A stretch of DNA of 64,000 bases from a virus. Numbering within the stretch: position 1 is the stretch's first letter; every line of letters starts with the position of its first letter. The translations under genes were made by a program, and so were the position numbers. The notes under the pieces were generated by a model that ran no database searches, was not told the origin of the DNA, and saw nothing but the letters and a program-made list of their open reading frames with translations. Positions 9,314 through 17,759 of the stretch are shown one piece after another. The stretch spans positions 32,001 through 96,000 of IMG/VR virus record IMGVR_UViG_3300036761_003567; one strand, 5' to 3'.

Positions 9314-11403
9314 ATGTGGATCTCCAGCCTGCCGCACGCCCCCTTATTAGGCAGTACGCCACAAAGAAATATGGGATGGAGAATGTCTGTAGCGTAGGCC
9401 TCTGGCAGACCTACAACCCAAAGCTCGCCTTGCAGGATGCGGCTCGGGCACTCGGAGCTGACCATCACGAAATCCTGAACATAACCAAGGAGCTTCCGGA
9501 AGACTTCGATGAAATGTCCAAGGAGGACGCACTCAAGGAGTTCGACGAGCTAGCCACTTACTATAAGGCGAATCCACACATCGTCGACATGGCTTATCGG
9601 ATCGTCGGCCGCATCAAGACGCAGGGCCGGCACGCCGGAGGCCTCATCATTTCGTCCGTCCCCATCAGGGAATATGTGCCCCTGATGAAGCTCGGCGGCG
9701 TGGAGTGGACGACGGCCTGGACCGAGGGCAAGAACACGCAGCTCAGCAAATTCGGCTTCGTCAAATTCGACATGCTCGGACTCAAGACGATCCAATACAT
9801 CGCCAACGCCTTGAAGCTCATCGAACAGAACCGCGGCGTCAAGATCGATTGGGAGAAGATCCCGCTGGATGATAAGGATACGCTTGCGCTTGCGGCCAGC
9901 CTGAAGACGGATTCGACGTTCCAATTCGATACGGATCTGGCCAAGAGTATCATCCTCCGCGGCGGCGTCAAGAGCTTTAACGATCTGATGGTCTATACGT
10001 CACTCGGCCGCCCCGGCCCCATGCCGCTTATTGAGAAATACGTAGAGCGGCGTGACGATCCGAAACAGACATGGCGGAATGAAATTCATCCGAAGCTGGC
10101 GGAAATACTTGGAGAAACGTTCGGCGTCTGCGTCTATCAAGAGCAGCTCCAGCAAGTCTGGATCGACGTCTGCGGCTTCACATTCGCGGAGGCAGAAGAG
10201 GCCCGCAAGATCATCGCCAAGAAATGGCAGGACAAGCTACCTGCACTCGGCCAAAAGGTCGTGAAAGGCGCGGTCCGATTGTTGGGCGGCAAGAAGGCGG
10301 AAGAGCTCTGGCAGACCATGGTCACCTTCGGCCGCTACGCCTTCAACATGGCTCACGCGACGGCTTACACTATCATTGCCTACCGGACGCTCTGGCTGAA
10401 GACGCATTACGCCCCGGAATGGTGGGCCGCCGTCATGTCGGACTGCGGTCGGGACAGGCTCGTCCGGTACATCGGGATCGCAAAGTCGGAAGGCGTTCAA
10501 CTGGGGACCCTCGACTGCAGGACGCTCACAGAGAGCTTCACGGTCTCGGGCGACAGAGTGCTGCCAGGCCTCAACCTGGTCAAGGGCATCGGCACGTCCT
10601 CCAAGAAGCTTGCGGAGAACAATGCCGACTACAAGTCCGTAGACGAATTCATCGAGAAGAACGGGAAGGGGCGCATCGTCATGGAGCGCCTCATTAAGCT
10701 AGGCGGCTTCGATAAGATCTTCCGGAACAGGAAGACGCTCTGGCTCTGGTATCTCTGGAAGCACGCCGGCGAGAAGCAGACGAAGGACCTGGTAAAGGCC
10801 ACGTTCGCCTGGCCGGAGAATCGCGTCGTCGCCGAGAGGCAGAAGCAGATCCAGGCCTTCAGAAAGCTTTACCCCAAGAAGAAAGTGCCGCCGAAGCTGG
10901 AGAACTGGAACCCGAAGATCGATCCGACGTTCGAGGATTTCGCCAAGAAGTTCAACGAAGACTTCATGGACCGGGAAATCCTAGCCTTTGAGAAGGCTCA
11001 TCTCGGGTTCTACTGGTCATCTCCTATGAGCCAGTTCGTGCACAAGAACCTGACAATAGCCCAGGCCAAGTACTCGAATAACCTGGAATGCGTCATCGAC
11101 TCTATTACCACGAAAAAGTCCGAGAAGACCAAAAACGAATATCTGAAGCTCACGATTACGGACGGCATCGAGACGGCGCCGCTCGTCGTCTGGTCCGATG
11201 CCTTGTCTGACAAGACGAACGCCGAGGCGCTTGCCGTCGGCGGAGGCATCTCCGTAAAGGTAGCCTGGTCAGACAAGTACAGGAGCTTCTCCATAGCTTC
11301 AGGGTCCATGATCATCCCGCTCATCAAGAAGGGGCTCGAGCCAGACGCGCCGGTTCTACCTGCCCCGGATGAATTAGAGGAAGCTTATGCTGCTGACGAG
11401 TAA
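9310..11403 (+). CDS. dnaE: DnaE piece D: catalytic palm, fingers, HhH and OB domains
   Basis: (I)DVDL, GRHAGG, KFDMLGL, GVCVYQEQ, YAFNMAHATAY; the frame is closed by TGA 7 codons upstream of GTG 9316. Confidence 0.93.
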   Translation: MDVDLQPAARPLIRQYATKKYGMENVCSVGLWQTYNPKLALQDAARALGADHHEILNITKELPEDFDEMSKEDALKEFDELATYYKANPHIVDMAYRIVGRIKTQGRHAGGLIISSVPIREYVPLMKLGGVEWTTAWTEGKNTQLSKFGFVKFDMLGLKTIQYIANALKLIEQNRGVKIDWEKIPLDDKDTLALAASLKTDSTFQFDTDLAKSIILRGGVKSFNDLMVYTSLGRPGPMPLIEKYVERRDDPKQTWRNEIHPKLAEILGETFGVCVYQEQLQQVWIDVCGFTFAEAEEARKIIAKKWQDKLPALGQKVVKGAVRLLGGKKAEELWQTMVTFGRYAFNMAHATAYTIIAYRTLWLKTHYAPEWWAAVMSDCGRDRLVRYIGIAKSEGVQLGTLDCRTLTESFTVSGDRVLPGLNLVKGIGTSSKKLAENNADYKSVDEFIEKNGKGRIVMERLIKLGGFDKIFRNRKTLWLWYLWKHAGEKQTKDLVKATFAWPENRVVAERQKQIQAFRKLYPKKKVPPKLENWNPKIDPTFEDFAKKFNEDFMDREILAFEKAHLGFYWSSPMSQFVHKNLTIAQAKYSNNLECVIDSITTKKSEKTKNEYLKLTITDGIETAPLVVWSDALSDKTNAEALAVGGGISVKVAWSDKYRSFSIASGSMIIPLIKKGLEPDAPVLPAPDELEEAYAADE

Positions 11404-11620
11404 GGATGGCATCGCCTGCGATCTATGCGGGAGAGAATACAAGCACAAGTTCTCGTATTACTCTGCGGAATTTACGAAGATCTCGGCCGACGCCGAGAAG
11501 AAGATCACTGGCCCAACGGAAGTGGACAAGAAGTATCTGAACCTGGACATCTGCCAGATCTGCTATGACGGCTTCGCAAAGAAGGTCGTAGAAGTCGCTA
11601 AGGCTAAGGGCATGGCCTAG
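11387..11620 (+). CDS. Small Zn-finger protein
   Basis: CDLC...CQIC. Confidence 0.65.
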   Translation: MLLTSKDGIACDLCGREYKHKFSYYSAEFTKISADAEKKITGPTEVDKKYLNLDICQICYDGFAKKVVEVAKAKGMA

Positions 11621-11629
11621 GAGATAAAG

Positions 11630-11977
11630 ATGGGAACCTATGATATGCTAGAAGTCGTCATCGGCGGCGAGACGATGCAGGCACGGCCCGTGGCCTGGGC
11701 TGAGGAAGTGCCCATCAAGTTCCAGACGACTTGCCCGAAATGCTCACAACTCATCGAGTTCGATGGGCACGACTTCGTCTGTGCCTCCTGCGGGACGCCC
11801 GGGGCCGTAAAGAATAACCCGCCGCCCCCGGTCGGGATAACGGTGGCGGTCTTTCCGGATCTCAAGAACGTGGGGATGGTGGAACAGAAGATCCCAAAGG
11901 GGCCTATCCTGGACCCCCTGGATGAGGGCCTGTTCCCGAAGGACTTGCTGGATCTCCAATACCTGGAAAAATCATGA
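11630..11977 (+). CDS. Zn-ribbon protein
   Basis: CPKC...CASC; AGGAG SD. Confidence 0.65.
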   Translation: MGTYDMLEVVIGGETMQARPVAWAEEVPIKFQTTCPKCSQLIEFDGHDFVCASCGTPGAVKNNPPPPVGITVAVFPDLKNVGMVEQKIPKGPILDPLDEGLFPKDLLDLQYLEKS

Positions 11978-12903
11978 AAGTCGTAATCCTAGGAAGCGGC
12001 TTAGTTGGCCTACTCGCCAAGGAAATCTTCGAAGATGCCGTAATCATCCCCTTCGGCAAGTCGCGATTCTTCTATTTCGCCCCACCCCTCGCTGATGACT
12101 TCATCATCCGTAGCGAGAAGATAGACCCTTTCATGGGCCCGTGCCTAAGACAGTTTTTTGGGCACCTCGCAGCCGCACCTCTCATCATGAAAAGGGTAAT
12201 TTCACTGGGCGGACAACTCGCAACTGATTCTATCGCAATCAAGCAGTATATTTCGAAGGTCTACGAGGATGCTCCAGCCTACGCGCAGGACCTACTGAAG
12301 ACGGAATTCGCTACTTATCCGATGACGTGCCACAATCTTTATAGGAAGCTTCTGGCGAAGCACATCAATGCCTTGAGGGCCGAGATAGAGGTTCGCGGCA
12401 TCCCATTGAAAATAGACCCGGGTATCGTCCATTGCGATCTCGGCACCGTGGAATATGACCGAATCATCTCGACAATCCCGCTGGACGTCCTGCTGGAACT
12501 TACTGGCGTGTTTCAGTCGCTCTCCGCGCACGATGAACACTGCTTCCACATTACGACGGATGCTCTGGACTTTGAGGGAGCAAGCCAGGTCCTAGTCGCG
12601 GACAATCCTATCGGCTTTCACAAAGTCGACAAAGTCGGCATTTATGACTACATCTTTCACAATCTGGGATCCATTGAGACGCCGCTCCCTTATTTCGATG
12701 CCTTTATTGCCCATAACCGTTATCGTATCGTCGGAGAGACGAAAATCCTTAAGGCGATCCCGAAATCGCCGCACGCTCCCCGGATTCCAGAACTAAAGGA
12801 CAAGTTCAAGATAGACCTGGTCGGCAGCTGTGCGCAATGGGACGACTTCATGGACATCGCTTCGTGCACCTGGCGGCTTCTCCAGCTGAAGGACAAGCCG
12901 TAG
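11974..12903 (+). CDS. FAD-dependent oxidoreductase-like protein (protoporphyrinogen oxidase/UGM-like)
   Basis: VVILGSGLVGL, YDRIISTIPL, VGSCAQW. Confidence 0.7.
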   Translation: MKVVILGSGLVGLLAKEIFEDAVIIPFGKSRFFYFAPPLADDFIIRSEKIDPFMGPCLRQFFGHLAAAPLIMKRVISLGGQLATDSIAIKQYISKVYEDAPAYAQDLLKTEFATYPMTCHNLYRKLLAKHINALRAEIEVRGIPLKIDPGIVHCDLGTVEYDRIISTIPLDVLLELTGVFQSLSAHDEHCFHITTDALDFEGASQVLVADNPIGFHKVDKVGIYDYIFHNLGSIETPLPYFDAFIAHNRYRIVGETKILKAIPKSPHAPRIPELKDKFKIDLVGSCAQWDDFMDIASCTWRLLQLKDKP

Positions 12904-13611
12904 ATGACTTTCACTCAGGACTTCCCTGAAACCTCCAGTCTCCTACAATACTACCTCTTTCTGGATAGAAATATGAACAAGGATAGAAGGCACAGGATGC
13001 TGTCGTTGCTCGGAGCAGTATGCCACGAATGCCAGATGTGCGTCCTCGGAGAGCATGCCCAGGAAGTCAGGGGGCACAAATTCGACCCGCATTGCTGGAG
13101 TTCGATGAAAGTCTCAAAGATCATGGTCATCGGACAGGGGCCTGGCCTGAATGAATGTCTGGAGGGGGTGCCATTCGTAGGGGATTCAGGCAAGAACTTC
13201 AATGAGGAGCTCGCGCGGCACGGCCTGACCCGGGACAATTTCTACATCAGCAACACGGTAAAATGCTATGCGCCTCAGAATCGTGCGCCGACGGAATCAG
13301 AAGTCAGTGCGTGTAAGCTCTTCTTACAGATGGAAATGGCCATTTTGAGGCCGGTGCTCATCGTGACCCTCGGGCAAGTCGCCTTCGACAGGATGTGTCC
13401 AAACCACGATTACTCGTCAAGCTTGGGGACGATTTCCAGAGATAACGGTTCGGGCCATGTGCCTGTCTTTGCGGTTTATCATCCGTCGCCGAGGAACTTG
13501 GAAGTGCCAGAACGGAAGGCGAGATTCAAGAGACAGATGGCCGTCCTTTGTGCTCTCGTTAAGAAGATTGAGGCTGGCGCTCTAAAAGATAGCCCTGAGT
13601 CGTTTTCTTGA
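12904..13611 (+). CDS. udg: Uracil-DNA glycosylase, family 4
   Basis: GQGPG..E...G.PFVG.SG, YISNTVKC, YHPS, Fe-S cysteines. Confidence 0.9.
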   Translation: MTFTQDFPETSSLLQYYLFLDRNMNKDRRHRMLSLLGAVCHECQMCVLGEHAQEVRGHKFDPHCWSSMKVSKIMVIGQGPGLNECLEGVPFVGDSGKNFNEELARHGLTRDNFYISNTVKCYAPQNRAPTESEVSACKLFLQMEMAILRPVLIVTLGQVAFDRMCPNHDYSSSLGTISRDNGSGHVPVFAVYHPSPRNLEVPERKARFKRQMAVLCALVKKIEAGALKDSPESFS

Positions 13612-13903
13612 GCTTCCAACCATCCTTCTCGACGAACTTCCGCAGCTTGCAGATGAGGGCGCTCGGGAAGCAGATTCCGAAGGCTTCTACCAGGTCCTTC
13701 GACGACACAGGTCCGCCCGCGGTCTGAAGCTTGTCCCTTAAGATCGTCAGCTTTTCCGGGCTATAAAGACAGAAGACTTCTCTCGGCTTGGACGCATCGA
13801 TGAGGGATTTTAATCTCGATTGGAAAGTATCTGAAAATACGGCGGGGACTATCGTCCTGACTTCCTCGTCAGTAATTAAGAATACGTTCAGTATGTTGGG
13901 CAT
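13559..13903 (-). CDS. Hypothetical protein (possible winged helix)
   Basis: 114 aa, preceded by GTATTTAA. Confidence 0.55.
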   Translation of the reverse strand: MPNILNVFLITDEEVRTIVPAVFSDTFQSRLKSLIDASKPREVFCLYSPEKLTILRDKLQTAGGPVSSKDLVEAFGICFPSALICKLRKFVEKDGWKLKKTTQGYLLERQPQSS

Positions 13904-13918
13904 GGAGATTTAAATACC

Positions 13919-14692
13919 ATGGCAAAATGTTGCCTCTACTGCGGAACACAGGAGAAGATCGTCATAGACATGACGATGTCCCTCGTGGAAGGGGAATCGC
14001 CGGTAGCCATCTCCCTGTGCGAACAGCACCAGAACAAGACGCAACTTCCGTCTCTGAAGAAGGCCTACCTAAAGAAGAAACAGGCTATCGAGAAATTGAA
14101 GCAGCAAGCCAAGCAATACGGCTTCGACGTCATGGACACTGCCCCGGCAGGGCAGGCTATCAAAGTCTCAGTGCCCGCTAAGGCTGCTGGGCCTACTATC
14201 GTGCACGTCCAGAAATCTGGAGAGCAGACATCGCAACCTGCGCCCCAGGCTGCGCCGGCTTCACAGCAATCAGACGCTCAATCTGCCGTTTCTACGCAAG
14301 GAAGGCCTCTACTTGCCAATGTTCCGGAGGATACCGAGGCACCCAGATTCGCTGCTCACGAAATCGACAAGAAGAAGGCACCAAAGGTCCTATCAACCAC
14401 GGAGCAGATTTACGAGCGTGGAGACGGCCTGCCCATTAAATTGCCGAAGAAGATCGTGAGCGAGGCGGGCGAGACGAACATCCGGGTAGTCCAGACCGGT
14501 GGGGACGCTGCTATGCAGGCGCGGCTCAAGAACCTGAAAAGCCAACTGGACCAGAACGAGAACGCGCACTCCTTCAACAAGGACGGATACGCCCTGCGGA
14601 CATGCACGCTCTGCCAGGGAAAGGGGAAGACGGCCATCAACGGTCAGATATGTACGAAGTGCAACGGAGCTGGTGAGGTGTCGAAACTCTAG
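13919..14692 (+). CDS. Protein with N-terminal Zn site and C-terminal DnaJ-type CxxCxGxG zinc finger
   Basis: CTLCQGKG...CTKCNGAG. Confidence 0.7.
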   Translation: MAKCCLYCGTQEKIVIDMTMSLVEGESPVAISLCEQHQNKTQLPSLKKAYLKKKQAIEKLKQQAKQYGFDVMDTAPAGQAIKVSVPAKAAGPTIVHVQKSGEQTSQPAPQAAPASQQSDAQSAVSTQGRPLLANVPEDTEAPRFAAHEIDKKKAPKVLSTTEQIYERGDGLPIKLPKKIVSEAGETNIRVVQTGGDAAMQARLKNLKSQLDQNENAHSFNKDGYALRTCTLCQGKGKTAINGQICTKCNGAGEVSKL

Positions 14693-15012
14693 GGCCTGTC
14701 GAATTTGCCCTTCCTCTGAAGGAAGCCGGAGTGCCTTGAGCCCTTCCGCTTCGGTCCAGCGTCCCCGCCCATCAGATCCCCGCCTAATGGACTTCCGCGG
14801 CCAATCTTCCCCTGTACGGCGCCAATCGGCGCATTGAAGTAAATCCGATGCCTCGGCTTGAGCGGCGTATCTTGATTACCAGATCTCTGTGGCAGGAGCT
14901 TCTTTTGTGCGGGGTATGATCTAAGCGGGTCCTGCATTCTCTTGAAATACCGCAGACCCATGGCTTGCTTGAGGTCGCCTGCTGTGGATTCGAATAGCGC
15001 GGTCAGTCTCAT
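14689..15012 (-). CDS. Basic small protein with N-terminal MRLTALFE motif
   Basis: 107 aa, coupled to the upstream gene. Confidence 0.55.
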   Translation of the reverse strand: MRLTALFESTAGDLKQAMGLRYFKRMQDPLRSYPAQKKLLPQRSGNQDTPLKPRHRIYFNAPIGAVQGKIGRGSPLGGDLMGGDAGPKRKGSRHSGFLQRKGKFDRP

Positions 15013-15527
15013 TTTGCAGCTTTTAGGGCCTTGTCCCTCTCAGGTTGTGGGTTTGGCCCGCCCCCGGTCCAGGGCGGCTCGTGAGACATTTCGTGCTTGT
15101 CGGCATTGGAGGTGAGGTCGACCAGCTCGTCCATCCGCGGATTCCAGCCAGCAGCCCTCTCTCCGCCCTCCACCAGCTCCTTGATAACCTTGTCGACTGA
15201 CTTCAGGGCGAGGTCGCGGTCCTCTTGCGGGAGGCCCATGGAGCGCATTTCGGTGTCCATCGCCAGCTTGAACGTCGGATCGTCGATGTACTTGTGGCAG
15301 TGAACCTTGCTGAATGCGGCAGTGAGGGAGTCGGCGAACTTACTTTCGGAGATCGCAAGCTGGTACATATCGTCGATGGTCTCTCGATGGAACTGCATGA
15401 AGTGAGAAGACTCCCGCTTCACCTGGTCCGGCTTGTGATAAGCCAGACCTAGCCTAGCATCCTGGTGCAACATGTTGCGGACGGCTTCCAGGAGGAGCTT
15501 CTCACTAGCGTTCATGGCAGTCTCCAT
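15009..15527 (-). CDS. Hypothetical protein
   Basis: 172 aa; CAAAGATAT motif upstream. Confidence 0.6.
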   Translation of the reverse strand: METAMNASEKLLLEAVRNMLHQDARLGLAYHKPDQVKRESSHFMQFHRETIDDMYQLAISESKFADSLTAAFSKVHCHKYIDDPTFKLAMDTEMRSMGLPQEDRDLALKSVDKVIKELVEGGERAAGWNPRMDELVDLTSNADKHEMSHEPPWTGGGPNPQPERDKALKAAK

Positions 15528-15559
15528 TTAATGGTCAACATATCTTTGAGGAAGGCTTT

Positions 15560-15805
15560 ATGTTTAGACAAAATGACATCGTCCGTTTGAAGGAAGAAAA
15601 GCACGTTAAATATGTCTCCGGCCCAAAGGGCAGGCCAGCCACGCCCAAAGGGGATTGGATAGTCGTCGGTTCCATGGGTGCGGATCTCATGCTGGCTAGA
15701 AACAATACTATCATCCGAATTCCCATGATCGACGTCGTCAAAATCGCTTCGTATGACATGGGTAGGATTCTCAAGGCAGTCGACGACGCAAAGCCAGTAT
15801 TTTAA
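15560..15805 (+). CDS. Small SH3-like hypothetical protein
   Basis: 81 aa; GAGGA SD. Confidence 0.55.
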   Translation: MFRQNDIVRLKEEKHVKYVSGPKGRPATPKGDWIVVGSMGADLMLARNNTIIRIPMIDVVKIASYDMGRILKAVDDAKPVF

Positions 15806-15833
15806 TTGAGCGCGGCCCCTTTAAGAGTATCCC

Positions 15834-16880
15834 ATGGCGAAAGAAAAAGATGAGTTCCAGGCCGAAGAGAAGGCGATCCAACATGCCTGGGATTCTGTCG
15901 AGAAGGACTTCGGCAAGGGTTCCGTCATGCACGGGCAGACGATCATCCGCGATATTGAGGCTATCCCGACGGGATCCCTTCGCCTGGACATCGCCCTCGG
16001 AATTGGGGGAGTTCCTCGTGGCCGTATCACGGAGATCTATGGTCCTGAGGCGTCAGGGAAGACGACACTCTGCATGGAAATTGTCAAGAACGTCCAAGCC
16101 AAAAAGGGCCGGGCAATGTTCGTTGACGTCGAGAACGCCTTCGACTCTGCCTATGCCAAGAGGATTAATTTAGACATGGACAAGCTCTACCTTTCCCAGC
16201 CAAACAGCGGCGAACAAGCCTTAACCATCGTCGAGAGGTTCGTAGCATCGAATGCCATGGACCTTATCGTCATCGATTCCGTCGCCGGCCTGGTCCCCCA
16301 GGCAGAATTGGAAGGCGACCTCATAGATAAGCAGATGGGCGCCCAGGCAGCCCTCATGTCAAAAGCCTTACGCAAGCTGGCGCCCATCGTAAACAAGACG
16401 AAGACCTGCGTCATTTTCACGAACCAGCTGCGAGAGAAGATCGGAGTCATGTTCGGAAATCCGGAGACGACATCCGGAGGCCGCGCTCTGAAATATTGGG
16501 CGTCTGTCCGGATCGAGATCAGGCGCCTTTCGACCGTCAAGGAAGGAGACGATGCCGTCGCCATCATCGTCCGCGCCAAGGTCCAGAAGAACAAGGTCGC
16601 CCCGCCGTTCCGCCAGGCCGAATTCAAACTCGTCTTCGGGAGAGGCATCCAAAGGGAAGCTTGCATTGCCGACATGGCGGAGCAGTGTGGTATCCTGAAG
16701 AGGGCCGGCGCCTGGATTTGCTTCAAGGACGAAAAGATTGGGAACGGCATAGATCAAGCTCTTAAATTCCTTGTAGAAAGGCCCGAGATAACAGCGGAAC
16801 TGGAGAACCTGGTCCGGGAGGAGATCCGGAAGAGGGACGTGATCATCAGCAAACCGGAGGAGGAAGCGCCGGAGGAATAA
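15834..16880 (+). CDS. recA: RecA recombinase
   Basis: IPTGSLRLDIALGIGG.PRGRITEIYGPEASGKTT, VIDSVA, NQLREKIGVMFGNPETTSGGRALK, KNKVAPPF. Confidence 0.98.
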   Translation: MAKEKDEFQAEEKAIQHAWDSVEKDFGKGSVMHGQTIIRDIEAIPTGSLRLDIALGIGGVPRGRITEIYGPEASGKTTLCMEIVKNVQAKKGRAMFVDVENAFDSAYAKRINLDMDKLYLSQPNSGEQALTIVERFVASNAMDLIVIDSVAGLVPQAELEGDLIDKQMGAQAALMSKALRKLAPIVNKTKTCVIFTNQLREKIGVMFGNPETTSGGRALKYWASVRIEIRRLSTVKEGDDAVAIIVRAKVQKNKVAPPFRQAEFKLVFGRGIQREACIADMAEQCGILKRAGAWICFKDEKIGNGIDQALKFLVERPEITAELENLVREEIRKRDVIISKPEEEAPEE

Positions 16881-16911
16881 AAGATACGCCAGGCCCAATA
16901 GGAGTCTGGCT

Positions 16912-17304
16912 ATGGCTATTGTCAGCGCATTCCGGATCGATGACGTCGTGTATCTAAGGTCCTCGGCGCAGATCGGCTTCCTGGAAGCCTACAAGATCAG
17001 CGGGATCTTCCAGCTCAGGAACGACCGGTATGTCTACACGATCGACATCAACAGGAGGCCGCCGTCCGCTCAGACGCTCGGCGACCATATTGACCTGAAG
17101 CGCATCCAGACGCTCTACTTCACGGAGGATGAGCTTCTGACGTTCTGCGAGGCCGAGACGCTTGTCGTGCAGAATCTCGAGAGAAGGCTGCGGGAGGAGA
17201 AGGCTCGGTTCGCTGCCAGATGTTCAGTTTCACCAGGATCGGGAAGCACCGGTCCGACTCCGCCTGGAAGCGGGAGCGCCGGATCAACTGGGAGTGCCCC
17301 ATGA
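16912..17304 (+). CDS. Hypothetical protein with Gly/Ser tail
   Basis: 130 aa; AGGAG SD. Confidence 0.6.
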   Translation: MAIVSAFRIDDVVYLRSSAQIGFLEAYKISGIFQLRNDRYVYTIDINRRPPSAQTLGDHIDLKRIQTLYFTEDELLTFCEAETLVVQNLERRLREEKARFAARCSVSPGSGSTGPTPPGSGSAGSTGSAP

Positions 17305-17750
17305 ACAGACGATCTCTTTTAAAAGCCCTCACACTCCTCCCATTTGCACCCCTGCTCGGACGCAAGACAGAAGCAGCCATTCCGAATGGAGAAGACGACC
17401 TAGCCTATTGGCGGCGCATTCCGAATGGAGAAGACGACCTAGCCTATTGGCGGCACAAAGTAGAGCATTGCGAATCGATTGGGGACCATAAGAAGGCAGA
17501 GCTTTACCGCAGGAGACTGCTGCTCGCCGAGGACGTCGCTCTAATCCACGACATCCAACGGGCCAGAAATGGTCGGAAATTCTCTATGCACGTGGAACGT
17601 GTTGGTCGGGAAACTCTTTGCGTCACGATTCCAGCCGACCTATCGCCCCAGGAGGCCGTGAAGTATCTCGATTCCATAAAGAGACACTTTCGAAAAGTTG
17701 GGTGTCGCAATGCACGACGAGGTCTGGCACAAGCATATCTATTTAGCTGA
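17301..17750 (+). CDS. Tat-signal protein carrying a T4 gp20 portal-like fragment
   Basis: MNRRSLLKALTLLPFAPLL; LAEDVALIH.IQRA..RKF...DLSPQEAVKYLDSIKRHFRK. Confidence 0.6.
   Translation: MNRRSLLKALTLLPFAPLLGRKTEAAIPNGEDDLAYWRRIPNGEDDLAYWRHKVEHCESIGDHKKAELYRRRLLLAEDVALIHDIQRARNGRKFSMHVERVGRETLCVTIPADLSPQEAVKYLDSIKRHFRKVGCRNARRGLAQAYLFS
17378..17454 (+). repeat. In-frame tandem duplication with 39-bp period
   Basis: CATTCCGAATGGAGAAGACGACCTAGCCTATTGGCGGC twice (IPNGEDDLAYWR). Confidence 0.95.
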
Positions 17751-17759
17751 ACAAAAAGA

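Noticed and set aside
17378-17454. Mini-CRISPR or att site
   Set aside because: An in-frame 39-bp coding duplication with no spacer
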